Source: Octopus sinensis
Taxonomy: Eukaryota
Assembly: GCF_006345805.1 (NCBI RefSeq)
Contig: NC_042999.1
Span: 99,014,001-99,078,000 of the forward strand
Direction: 5' to 3'
Length of the DNA: 64,000 nucleotides
Positions 38,149 to 50,960 of the stretch are shown here, piece after piece (the first letter of the stretch is position 1; each line of letters starts with the position of its first letter). Both the position numbers and the translations under genes were made by a program. A model generated the notes under the pieces. The model did not search any database. It saw nothing but the letters and a program-made list of their open reading frames with translations, and was not told the origin of the DNA.

Positions 38149-39875
38149 ATGCCTCATTTTAACACTGGCATATATCTTAATACACCAGCAGGATTTGAAA
38201 CCAGCACTAAATGACTTGAAACTTGATAATGTAATCTATTTTAATAAGACAGCCTGACAACCAGGTGTTCATTTTAACTCCTTATTTTGTCTTTAACTCC
38301 TAAATTATGAGTGAGTATTGTTTCCCAATTCTCTTATTTTCTTACAAGTATCTTGCCCAGTACAACTCAATGACCGTAATAAAGTTTGACCTTATGCTAA
38401 TATGGTTAATAATCCAGTATTAAGATTGAGGATATAATGCATGTATATATTTCTAATAACACTGTTTTATTCTCTTAGAGAATTTGAATGTAGTTTACTC
38501 AACTGCTTGTCAGTCTTTAATGAATTCTTCCACATTCTTTCATCACTGCCAAGTCATTGTCCATTATTATTGTTATAAAATAACAGTTGAAATCACTTTC
38601 CTATCTTTAGAACCTGAGACGAGTTATGTATTTGCTAATTAACTGTTATACCATATTAGAAATGTAATAGTAATGTAAATTTGAGTTGTAAAGTAAAGTA
38701 GTGTATAGTAAAATTCTAGTAGTAAAGGTGGAAATTATAAAATGAATAAAAATAAACTTTTATAATTTTATAATCTTTCACACCTTTCAACCTGAATATT
38801 CTTCTACAGTTTTTCCATATGAAGTAGGTGCATTTAATATTATTTAACAGGTAATAATAATCAGGTTTTGTTGTAATTTAGATTACTTTGAAAACTTTTT
38901 GTGCATATATTTCAAATCATTGCTTTATTTCAACTTCTGGTTACTCTTCAAGAGAATAAAATAAACATATCATTGTCACCCATTGTTAGTTTTGTTTTTC
39001 TCTTTATCCTATTCAGTGTGAAATATCTTTTTCACTGAATAGGAGTGGAACTCACTTTTCTTTTTCCAATTAGTAAAACTAGAAGAAGCAGTGTTAAGTG
39101 CTATGCTCAAGAGCATAACTCAATGATAGTAATAAACTCAACTCATGATCATGTAGCTGGTTGTCCAACACATTAACCTCTCATAGATTAAGAAAATTAT
39201 ACAGACTTCCTAAAAAATTCTGTTGTCAGCCTACAGTGAATTCATTATCACCAGGTAGATGCCTTAGAAAGTATTTATTGCCTTTACATACAGGACATTG
39301 CTGTACCGGTGACAAAAAAACAAAATCATTACAGAATAATGAGTAGTATAGATATGTATTTACTCAATTCCTTGTAGTATTTAAATTGTGAAAACCTGGC
39401 AGAGATTATTACTTTCTGTCTGGAAATATTTGACTATTTTTTAATATTCTTCTGTAAGAATTGCTGTATGGAGCAAAATGGAAATTTAGACAGCAAAATA
39501 GAAGTGTTAAATGATAGTAAGTGAAACTTTGATTATGAAGTCAAGAATCTATTGAATGTAGTTAACAACACAAGAAACTGAATTAAATGAGGTGAATAAT
39601 ACTGAATAATGCAACAGTTTTGTTTGTGTCTGGAAAAAAAAATTAATATGGTGTGCAGAATTAAATCTGTTCAACAGTGGATTACAAAAGCAAGAGATCA
39701 AAGGAAAAAGAAATACAATATTTGCTAATACCATATATATTCATATATAAGTTGCAGCAATAGATAATTCTCACCCCATCCTTTGTGTTTATAATATTTT
39801 AGCTTCAGCTTTTGACCCGTACATAAGACACATGTTGCTTTCTGTTTGTGTTTGAAACTTCACTCACAGTTACTT

Positions 39876-39906
<31 letters not shown>

Positions 39907-40985
39907 GTAATAAAAAAAAAAACTAACATGTAGCTGAAATAATCCTAATCATTGCCAATACAGTCTGGCAAAATCCTGGAACCATAGATATAGCATTGTG
40001 TTGCTATGATCTATGGCCAGAACAAACAGATTAACCAGTGCTTTTAAATCAGCATGCTTGATTGAATGATAAATATATATGCAGCATCCAAATGAACATT
40101 AGGGTTACAGATGGCCAATACAGAATTGCACGTTTATATATTTCTCTTGTGTGGAAGCCATTTTTGTTTTCTTGTGAGATGCCATCAAAATATTTTTTTT
40201 TTGCAATGACAATATTCATGTAGACATGAATATTACCAACCCACTCTGCCATTCCAATCATCTGTTAGTGTGTGTTCATATAGGTGCATGTGAGTGTTTG
40301 TATTGCATGTTTGTGTCAGTACATGCTTCAAATTTCAAGCCCAGTACAAGGCTTGGTTGGTTAGTCTCGTGTAGTTTTCAGAATCCAATTGTTTTTTTTT
40401 TGGTTTTTTTTTTGGGGGGGGGGGGGGTATAAAATAGAATAAAACTGCAACATATTGATAAATACATAATATTTGATAAACCACATTTAAATCACTTTAG
40501 ACTCACTCTTGAGTAAATGAGCTAAGAACACTTTTTGTTTACTGACACAGGTTAATTTAGTAAGAAAACTATTCTGCTTAGGAGAAACATTGATCCACAA
40601 TAATGCATGATGGCAGAGTATTTAAAAATCAAGAATACAATCTTGAATATGAGAGTTTCAAAATCTTTTTTTCCTGAGTTGCTTTAAGGCATGATTATTT
40701 TTGTACATGCTACAGCATAATTCACTATCAGATATCACCAATTTATAATAAGGCTGTTGGTGTTTAGGATAACATTCAGTCATGAAAGTTCTGTTCCCAA
40801 AACTCATGCAAGCAATCTAATTTGTAGATTCAACCAAATCAATTAAAAAGGAAAAGTTTCAATGATAAAAACCAATAAAGCAAAAGAAGAAGAATTATTA
40901 GGTGCCAATGAATTGATATATCACAGTATTTATTTGTGTTATTTATGTATGACATGCTAGTAATTTCTGAAAACCTTTCTTTCAG

Positions 40986-41127
40986 CTGTCTATTTATGCA
41001 AAAGAACCATGCAAAACAAACAGCGTTTGGAGCTTGCAGATTATGAAGCTGAGAATTTAGCGCGACTCCAGAAAATGTTTTCTCGTAAATGGGAATTTAT
41101 TTTTATGCAAGCAGAAGCACAAGCTAA
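40986..41127 (+). CDS. RGS7: R7-RGS coding exon, 142 bp: (A)[46 protein letters not shown](K)
   Basis: ttcAG acceptor and GTATGT donor; phase 1 to 2; near-identical to the DHEX region of RGS6/7. Confidence 0.97.
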
Positions 41128-41481
41128 GTATGTGAATTAAATTTTTTTAGTATTAAAAATGATTTATATTATAACAGTGAAACCCAACAAATTAGTTGAA
41201 TTTTCACTGATAAAACTCTTGTCAATTTCAAAGGTTAAATATTTCTAAGTATTGTAATTTCAAAGGAACAACTTCAAAAGGGAAGGAATAATACAATAGA
41301 ACCAATTTTCTTATGTCTATTTAATAGTTCATTGACATTCTTCAATAATAAATGCCTACTGGTATGTCTAATTGTTACGCAGGTGGGGGACTAAAAATCA
41401 ATGCAATTTAAACTAACCCTGTTTGAGGAATTGTATATACATGTGTGTAGTTTGCATGCACATGGATACATATGAATGAAT

Positions 41482-41517
<36 letters not shown>

Positions 41518-43007
41518 CATCAGCATTGTTTAAACATTTTCTTTTTTCATGTGTGTAAGAGTGAGATGAAATTTGTTGAGGCAGATTTTCTATGGCCATA
41601 TGCTATTTCCCTTTGCGAATCATCCTCTGTTTCCAAACATAGAAGTATTCCCCCTAGTCTGGGCATATTTTCACAGAAGATTGCAAAACACACACACATA
41701 CTCTCTCTCTCTCTCTCTCTATGATGTGCTTTTTTCAGCTTCCATCCATCAGATTCACTCACAAGGCTTTGTTCAGCCTGGGGCTGTAGAAGATTACACA
41801 TTCCCAGTGTTGTTCATGTGATATGACATCTGCTCTATCCATATGGTTTATACATTACTAAGAGCTCTAGGTTCACTGTGGGAATCAGTAATAGCAAGCC
41901 TACTCTTTGTTTCATTATTCTCTTTCTGTTGACATTGGTGTTTGTCCTCTTGTATTTCTCTTGATAAGAGTATTTCTTCTCTTACTCTCTTCTTTCTGTC
42001 TGTTGTCTCTTTCTCTATCACCTTGTATCTCTTTTTTATAGGATCATTTCCTATCTCTCTCTCTTCTCCACTCATGTTACTTCTTATTCTCTTTCTTCTC
42101 TTCAATCCATCTCTCTCTTCTTTTGGTATAGTGTATCTTCTGGTGTCACCTTTCTTTGTAGCTGTCTCTCTCATCCCTGCCTTGTAGCTATTTATCAGAG
42201 CCCCTCTCTCCTTTTCCACTTAACATTCCCCACCTTCTCTTAAGTGTTTCTGAAAATACTCTCTCTCTCTCTCTCCCACACACACACATACACATAACAC
42301 TCGCATTCAATTTTCAATATATGCTCACTCTGTCAATATATTGTTCATGTCGGCTGTGTCAGACTGAGTGTGTATGGCTCTTAAAGATAGACATCATTTG
42401 GCTATCATTTAAGTTTTACAAACTCCAAACTATAATCTTTATTGAATAACCATGTATTTTTTTTCTTCTATAAATATCCATTCCATGCAAGCAGGAAACT
42501 GGTAGAAGTGTTAAGCATCAAAAACTGATTTGTTATGATTCTGTTGGCTCTTTACATTCTCAACTGAAATCCCAGAAAGGCCAACTTTGCCTTTCAGGGT
42601 TGAGAAAATAAAGTACCAGTTTAGTATTGGGGTTGATAGCATTCACTAAACCTTCCTGTAAAAATTTCTTCAATTTGAAACAGTGTTTCCACTACATACT
42701 GTAGATGTTCTGACCATCAGTCTATCTTTAGGTAGATCCAGTAGCTTATGAGTTTCTCTATCAAGGGTTTCTAGTCCCTTACTCAAACCCTCTCTTTTTC
42801 TAGAAGAGACATTTTGAGTGGTACCAATGACCTTTCTCACTGTGCAAATATCACAGAGAGAAAGAGAGACAGACAGATAGTTAAAGAGGAAACTGATCAG
42901 AGCACACCTAACAATGATTTGAGTAGGGTGAATAGCAAAGCTGACCTTAGTGACATTTGAATTTGAATGCAAGGCATTCTGGCATGCTTACAATTTTGCC
43001 AAATCAG

Positions 43008-43042
<35 letters not shown>

Positions 43043-43359
43043 GAAAGAGAGTGGGAGAGAGAGATAATATGAGACTGCGTGTGTGGTGAGTGTGTAAAAT
43101 GTAATATTATCAATTAGATCTTATATAAGATGGCAGTCTATTACTCAACATTTTTACTATGGATCTACCAAAATATAAGTGAGCCAAAGAGGAATCCTCT
43201 GTGGTGTGTGTGTGTGCATTTGCTGGTGTTTGTCTCACCACCAACGCTTGACAACCAATGTTGGTGTTATAGTTCTATATTTAAGAGAAGAGGAATTATG
43301 TACATTATTTACATTATTTACATTTGACAGATATTTGTCCTCATTTTTTTTTGTTGTTA

Positions 43360-43403
43360 ACACAACATTTCGGCTGATATACCCTCCAGCCTTCATCAGG
43401 TGA
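43360..43403 (-). ncRNA. Minimal type I hammerhead motif (left arm)
   Basis: Minus strand CAC CTGATGA A GGCTG gagggtatat CAGCC GAAA T GTT GTG; C15.2 changed to T, a CpG-type change in the palindrome AACGTT. Confidence 0.7.
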
Positions 43404-43459
43404 ATTGGGGAAATATCGAACCTAGGTTCTCATTCCTAAGGTATTTTTCGATGTTGTTG

Positions 43460-43537
<78 letters not shown>

Positions 43538-43736
43538 TCACTGCTTGGAATCAAACTTGGAATTTTAGGGTTAGTAGCCCACACTCTTAACCACTATGCT
43601 GGGCATATGGCATAGTGGTTAAGACCATGGGCTACTAACCCCAAGATTTCAAATTCGATTCCAAGCAGTGACCTGAATAATAATAACATCGAAAAATACC
43701 TTAGGAATGAGAACCCAGGTTCGAAATTTCCCCAAG

Positions 43737-43780
43737 ACACCTGACGAAGGCTAGAGGGTGTATCAGCCGAAACTTTGGGT
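43737..43780 (+). ncRNA. Minimal type I hammerhead motif (right arm, degenerate)
   Basis: ACAC CTGACGA A GGCT..AGCC GAAAC TTT GGGT; helices I and III carry substitutions. Confidence 0.6.
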
Positions 43781-44083
43781 TAACAACAAACAGGGTGAGG
43801 ACAAATATCTGTCAAATATAAATAATGTACAATGTTGGTGTGTTTACCATAACTTAGCAGTTCAGCAAAAGAGACTAACAGAATAAGTATTAGGCTTAAA
43901 AAAAAGTCCTGGGGACGATTTGTTCTACTAAAACCATCAAAACAGTACCTAAACATGGCCACTGTCAAATGACTGAAACAAGTAAAAGATAAAAGATTGT
44001 ATATATGATATTCCTTTTTCATAGAAGCAACTATTTTCCTGCACTGCATTTTAATACAATTATTATAAAATGTTATTCTTATA

Positions 44084-45367
44084 CTGAGTCATCCCATAAA
44101 TAATGTGTTTTTTTCAATTGCATGAACTAAAAGTCGGAGGAGTACGGGATAAACTACCTGCATCAACTTGCCATAAAAGTAGTTAGTAATTTTATCTTGT
44201 ACTTATTCTTAGTGCAAGTTTTGAAGAGTGCAGTTTGATTTTTAACAGTTATTTTTTCAAAGCTGTAATGGAAGAGACAAAGAAGCATATTTGGCATATT
44301 TTGCTTTGTGAGTTCAATAAAGGCAACAATGCATCAGAAAGTGTGAGAAATATTAATGCAGTATATTGGGATCAGATAATAAGTGTAAGCCAGTGTCAAT
44401 GGTGGTTCCAGAAATTCTGAGCTGGAAACTACAGCCTAGAAGATGAGCCTCATCCTGGAAGATCTGTAGAGCTCAACAAGGACGTCCTGTAAATCCTGGT
44501 GGAACAAAATCCCATCGTATCTATTGAGGAACTAGCAGAGAAGCTTGAATTTGGTCATTCAACCTTTCATTGCCACCTGCGTATCATCGGAAAAGTCAGC
44601 AAATTGGGTCAATGGGTTCCTCACAAACTTTCCATGTCTAATCGTGTGCAGAGAATGAATGTGCATTCTTCTTTGCTGTCAAGTTTCACAAGTGAACCTT
44701 TTTGGGACCAAATAGTGACTGGTGACAAGAAATGGGTTCTCTATAAAAGTGTCAAGCTTCGAAGACATTGGAGAGGTAAAGGGGAAACACCGGCACCCCA
44801 AGCTAAAGAAGGTCTTCGCCCATATAAGGTGTTGTTATCTATTTGATGGGATATGAGAGATTTAGTCCACTTTGAACCTTTAAACCCAAACGAAATGATA
44901 AAAAAGATCTACTGGAAGCACATTGAGTGGCTTAAGTCAGCACTAGAAGAAAAACGGCCATTTTTGGTTTCACGATGAAAGGTGTTCTTCCATCAGGATA
45001 ATGCTTGGCCACATACAGCAAGGATGACATTCCAAAAGCTGGAGCAGTTTGAATGGGAGTGATGCCCCACCCACCATATTTGCCGGATATTGCCCCACCT
45101 GATTATCATTTATTCCACAGTTTTCAAAATCATTTGGACAGAAAATGTATGAATTCTGTAGACGAGATCAGAACAATACTGGAGTAGTGTTCATCATGGA
45201 CAAGTGAATTTTGGAAGAGGGGTTTTATGCAAGTCTACCAGATGGATACAAGAGCATTGTAGAAAATGAAGGAGAGTATATTTTAGATTAAAAAAGAACT
45301 TTGTTTATCTTGATTTTGAAAAATAAAATAAATATTAAAAAACTGCATTACTTATGGGATGATCCAA
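44084..45367 (+). mobile_element. mariner transposon, defective, 1284 bp
   Basis: TA on both sides; TIR core TCATCCCATAA(A/G)TAATG; transposase ORFs 44235-44420 and 44499-44846 (GQWVPHKL, IVTGDKKW) plus downstream HQDNAWPH and PDIAPPDY. Confidence 0.93.
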
Positions 45368-47680
45368 TACAAATACAAAACAATATAGGAGCCTTTATAT
45401 GGTCACTTGTTTTGTTAAAAATAGCATCTTAAACACTCCTCAAATAACAGCCTAATATGTTAAATAATGCAGAGGGCATACTGGATAATGGTAGTCCCTA
45501 ATATACAAAAATGTCAGCTGCACTGTCTTCTAATCCTAGATCTAGCCTATCTAGGTTAAACAAGAAAAACAACATGCAATATACAAAATATGTAAATAGA
45601 ATGATATTGAACTACAAGTGAAATGTAGAAACTGTCTATAGCGATGTATTTTTATAAGAATTTTTGTGTTAAAAGTAAATTTCATTGAAAAACTAACTCC
45701 CTTAATGACTTCCTCATCCCCATTCTCATTCAATGCAAAACATTTTTTTTCTTATTTTTTCGAACATTTTTTTTTTTTCACTAAGCACTTTTTTTCTGCT
45801 GAATGTTTAATTGGAAATCCTATCCTCTAAACAATTGACATTTTCAAATGTACTTTTAAAAGGTTACAAGCAGTAACTTTTTTCTCAGGCTCTTGAAGAA
45901 ACAAAAACAAGCTACAAATCAATTACTGCTTTAGACAGAACCCACATTAAGTAAGCTTAATGTGTTATGACTGTAGCATTTCACGTGCTTATTCTATATA
46001 TTCTAGTTTTATTTATATATATATATTTATAAGATACCAGTCTGATGTAATCTTTCTGGTGTGGTTCACATAATCAATCCATCAACAGTATAATGTTATT
46101 TAGAGTAAAGAAATAACCTCATTTTTAATGTAATTCTTTCACTGATTTCAATCATTATATTGTAGCACGTGCAAGGGTCATTGACTTCAAGTATTGTTGT
46201 CAATCTTACCAACTCACAACACTAAAGTACTCATTTCAATTTGGTATTTATTTCATGTTCCTATTTATCAAACTACTAAGGTACAAGTCATAGAGGTATA
46301 TAATAGGTATAAACATTCACACAGGAACACCATACATATGAACTTTCTCTGTCATATATGACAGGCTTCTGTACAGTTTCCATCAGCTGAATATTGCTCA
46401 CAAGGCATTGGTTGACTCAAAATTGTAGTTGATGAAATTGGCCATTGGCCTAAGGTACTGCACAATGAGATTGAATCCAGAACAACTTGTTTTATATCAA
46501 TTTTCTTTCTTATCCATCAAAAATTAATTGAGTAAACTTGTAACCAACAAAAGCCTTCTAGACATGACTATCTTGTCTTGTCTTTTTTGTGAAGGCATGG
46601 TTGTGTGGTTAAGAAGTTTGCTTTACAATTGTATAGTTTTCAAGTTCACTCCTACTGTACAGCATCTTGGCTAAGTGTCTTCTACAATAGAACAAAGGTG
46701 ACCAATGCCTTGTGAGTGAACTGTATGGAAGCTCATCATATATTCTTTTATTCTTTTATATGTTTCAACCCAAAGACTGTGACCATGCTGGGGCACCACC
46801 AGTATAATCACCTTTTCAATGGCCATTATATGCAACTGGCTTTTGGTGAAGGAAGGAGTTTGACACTGCTGTCCTCCTTTGAATTTCCTGCCATGATGTA
46901 GATTCATCTTGGAATTTGGATAGCAGGAGGTCAAGCTGTTTTTTATATAAGAATAAATAAGGATAAACTCAGTTTTATTTTATTTCAAAGTTTCTACATG
47001 TGTTTCACCTTTAATGGTTGTTTGAAGTCCTACAATGAAAGTTCCAAGTGCATATAAATGCTTAATGACAATGGATCCTCAGGGAATGCTTTATTATATC
47101 AGGTTATGTGCATCTATAGGTATTTGAAACTTCCATCACAGGGCTCCAAGCTACAATATCGATCAAACACATGTAGGAACTTTGAAATGAAATAAATCTG
47201 TGTTTATCGTTATTTTTCCTACTTTTGCTCTGTTGCTCATAACTGAAATAGCAACAGTACAGAAACCAGACTGGATTATGAAAATCTACTTGCATCTCTA
47301 AACACAACACTTACACTTACACACTTGTGCACATAATTTCTACTATTTATATTCATATATATATATATATATCTAACTGCAGAGTGGTTGGTGTTAGGAA
47401 GGGTATCCAACCATAAAAACCCTACCAAAACAGAAAGAGTAGCCTGGGGTAGTCTTCTACCTGGCCAGCCTCAGTTAATCTTCCTACCCATGCATGCATG
47501 GAAGACAGACGTTAAACGATGATGATGTTGATATATATTGATATATATATATATATATATATAGAAAAAGATGAAAGATAAATGATGACATGTTATTATT
47601 ATGAATTAAAATAAAAGTACGAAGCTGGAAGAATCATTAACACACTGGGAAAACTGCTTAGCAGCATTTCATCCCACTTT

Positions 47681-48327
47681 ATGTTCTGTGTTCAAATTCC
47701 ATCAAGGTTGTTTGCCTTTCATCCTTTCAGGGTCATTGAAATGAGAACCTGATGTAATCAACTTATTCCTTATCCTGAAATCGTTGGCCTTATGCTAAAA
47801 TTTGAAACCATTATTATGAATTAAATGTTTAAAGCACAGATGGTTGTTCTGTCATGGTTGCCAAAAATTAAAATCTCCCAAGTGCTACAAATTTGGCTTT
47901 TAATTTACCATTTGTAAAAAAATAAACAATTCTTAAAAAAATATTATTTTAGCTGTGTGGTAAGAAGTTTACTTCCCAACCACTTAGTTCTGGGTTCAGA
48001 CCCACTGCATGGTACCTTGGGCAAGTGTCTTCTACTGTAGCATTGAGTTGATAAAAGCCTTGCAAATGAATTTAGTAGATGCAAACTGAAAGAAGCCCTT
48101 CATCTATACATGTGTTTGTGTATGTTCTGTGTTCAAATTCCATCAAGGTTGACTTTACCTTTCATCCTTTCAACATCATTAAAATGAGAACCTGATGTAA
48201 TCAACTTATTCCTTATCCTGAAATTGTTGGCCTTGTGCTAAAATGTGAAACCATTTTTATGAATTAAATGTTTAAAGCACAGATGGTTGTTCTGTCATGG
48301 TTATCAAAAGTTAAAATATCCCAAGTG
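47681..48327 (+). repeat. Local direct duplication of ~205 bp (47681-47884 and 48122-48327); second copy inside a SINE spanning ~47950-48555
   Basis: Roughly 90% identical by eye; includes non-SINE sequence aagcacagatggttgttctgtcatgg. Confidence 0.85.
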
Positions 48328-49125
48328 TTTGTGTGTGTGCATGCGTTTGTGTCTTTTCTCCACCACTACTTGACAACTGGTGCTGGTGCGTTTACATCCC
48401 TGTAATTTAGTGATTCAGCAAAGGAGACCAATAGAATAAGTACAAGGCTTTAAAGAAAAAAGAAAAAAAAGTATAGGGTACAATTCATGTAACAAAAATT
48501 CTTCAAGGTGGTGCACCAGCATGGCCACAGTTTAATGACTAAAACAAGTAAAGATAAGATAAAAATGCTAATATAAATTCATATTTGTCCATTTTTTCTT
48601 TATGGCATTTTATTTTTTACATTGTTTTGTAATACTGTTGATATCCCTCTTTCTTTGGGAAATTATGTTAAAAAAAGAAGCACATAAATAGCTATTCCAG
48701 CAATGATGCAATTCAATGACAAAAAACAGTAAAAGAATAAGACTATAGTTATCTGGATTTATTACTTCAGTTTGGCCACTTAATTTATCAATTCATTCAT
48801 TTTTTAATTTTTGTTTTAGGAAATATATTTCCATGATAGTTACACAATTTTTCCCTCTTTAGTGATTTGGTATAGGATGATTGAGATTGATAGCCAAGCA
48901 TCAATCGTTTTATGAGAAGAATTCAAAATAATAAGATAGTAATTTTATTAGTTAAGAATTCTCAGCTTCCTTTTACCATATTTATTCTTTTGGATGCCAG
49001 TTTTTTCATCCTACTTACACCCTTTTATTGCAGAATATCTATAATGGAAATACATTTTGAAGAAAATCTAATATGCAATTTCTTTTAGAATTCTTAATTT
49101 TTTCTTTTTAATTCCCATATTTCAG

Positions 49126-49207
49126 GGTAGATAAAAAACGAGACAAATTAGAGAGAAAAGTGTTGGATAGTCAAGAACGAGCATTCTGGGATGTACATAG
49201 ACCTGTG
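49126..49207 (+). CDS. RGS7: R7-RGS coding exon, 82 bp: (K)[27 protein letters not shown]
   Basis: ttcAG acceptor and GTATGT donor; phase 2 to 0; matches [28 protein letters not shown]. Confidence 0.97.
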
Positions 49208-49689
49208 GTATGTTTTTCATTTATTAATATTATTTCAAATAAATGTAAGAAATCGTTCATTATGAATGGTTATGTTTTACACAGGTCTGAACAAAATTAT
49301 TTTCTTTCAGGATTACTGTATTAAAAAATAGTTCTTGTTATCACTAAAGGATTCTGGAACATTAGTTTTTAGATATTTTGAACTATTAAACATTTATGAT
49401 ATTTGAAAATCTTTACATGTGTTGCAAGATGGTGACATCAGAAGTGGCAAGAAGATGTTACAATTTATTTACATTGGTAGTAGCACCAATGTAAAAAGAA
49501 AATCATATGTACAAAATATTAATCAAATGTACAAACAGAGTTTTGATCTTATACAAGAGAAGACACAAAGAGAACAGTGCAGAATAAGAAAGAATGAGAA
49601 GTAATGACAACAAAAATAGCAATTTTTTAATATTGCAGAACAAAAGGAGTGACTTGATTTGAGCTAACTCAAGGAAAAAGTGATGGAAC

Positions 49690-50960
49690 AGGCAAAGTAT
49701 ATCAAAAAAGACAGGACTCTTTTGCATGACAAATTTATCCATGAAAGGGTAATAAGAAAGGTGACAAAGTCTTATATTTAAAAAAGACAAGAGAAAGCTT
49801 CGATGTGCCTTTAGAGAAAGAGTAAGAGGAGGCATTGGCCAATATGTGGTAGAAAATGTGCTCTATCAATCAGAGGGGCATATGATAGGATGTGCCTGGT
49901 TTTTAAGCCTGAGAATGACATAAGGATACAGCTGCAGTTGGTTTCTTATATGCCTGCTCAGAGGTTGATCCCTCAGTACATGAAACACAGAAACACTTGA
50001 ATCATAGCCAGAAATGTCAGCATAGATGTCAACTCTTATCAAAATCTTTGTGTAACAAATGGATATATGATGAACATAGAGATGAGCCACAAAAATATGT
50101 GGTTAGATACTGTCTATATGGGTGTTCAAATTTTAATGACCAAATAAGATCACCAAGCCATCTCCTAAGTCTACCTTATTAAAAGAGAGAGGTAAGATGA
50201 CGGCATGTGGTAATAAAAGCCACTTGATGACTTTCAACCCATGAGAAGCAGAAGGACCATAAATGGTAGCCAAGGTATCAGCAACAATGACGCTAGGCTC
50301 CATAAGTGAAGCCTGTTGCTCCTATTATTTCCATAGAACTACCTACCACAGTTCCAGTAATGTCCAGAGGGGAAGCAAAAAAAATTACCATGTCCTCATT
50401 ACCAGCAACACCAGTGATCAATAATGACTGAAAAGTTTATGGATTTTCTCATCCCGTACAGGATTGGTCAGAGACAACAACTAGCAGTACCACACATGAA
50501 GTGATTGGAAGGAGGTAGAGCCTGGGGAAGGGTGGAAAAGTACATATAAAAGAAAAAGGGATATGAAAAGGAGGGAGCTCAGATATATGGAATGCAAGAA
50601 ACAGAAGAGCTTATGAGGAGATTCCTTCCTCCAATGAGTGCCTGAACTTTATCTTACTCTAACTGGATTACTGCTGCCTATCTTACTTAATGCTAACCCT
50701 AACAGAAGAATAACTCAAATACTGTGCTGATTGAGAATTTGTGGGATGAATAACAGGATCTCTTCAATGACAAATGGTTGATAAAGACTACATCAATGGT
50801 CATTCAACCGCTGAGAAATTATGTATTAGTGACGGGTGACTCTTCATGACTTGGCAAAGGATAAAATTGTCCTTGAGTAAATTTGGAGAATCCATTTTGT
50901 GGTCAGAGTCATGGGATGCTCTGTGTGGATGGGTTGCTCTTATTTGTATTTATTTATATT
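49690..50960 (+). mobile_element. Possible highly decayed LTR-retrotransposon remnant
   Basis: Only weak hints: GDKVLY and GQYVVENVL resemble a Gypsy integrase C-terminal module, and a purine tract lies near 50550-50580. No clear LTR pair. Confidence 0.25.

Larger units (their letters stand above)
43268..43830. mobile_element. 563-bp palindromic element (tRNA-like head + (AAT)n + hammerhead, head-to-head) inserted in a SINE
   Basis: 11-bp direct repeat AATGTTGGTGT at 43257-43267 and 43831-43841; arms ~43300-43599 and 43610-43830 around a 10-nt loop. Confidence 0.8.
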
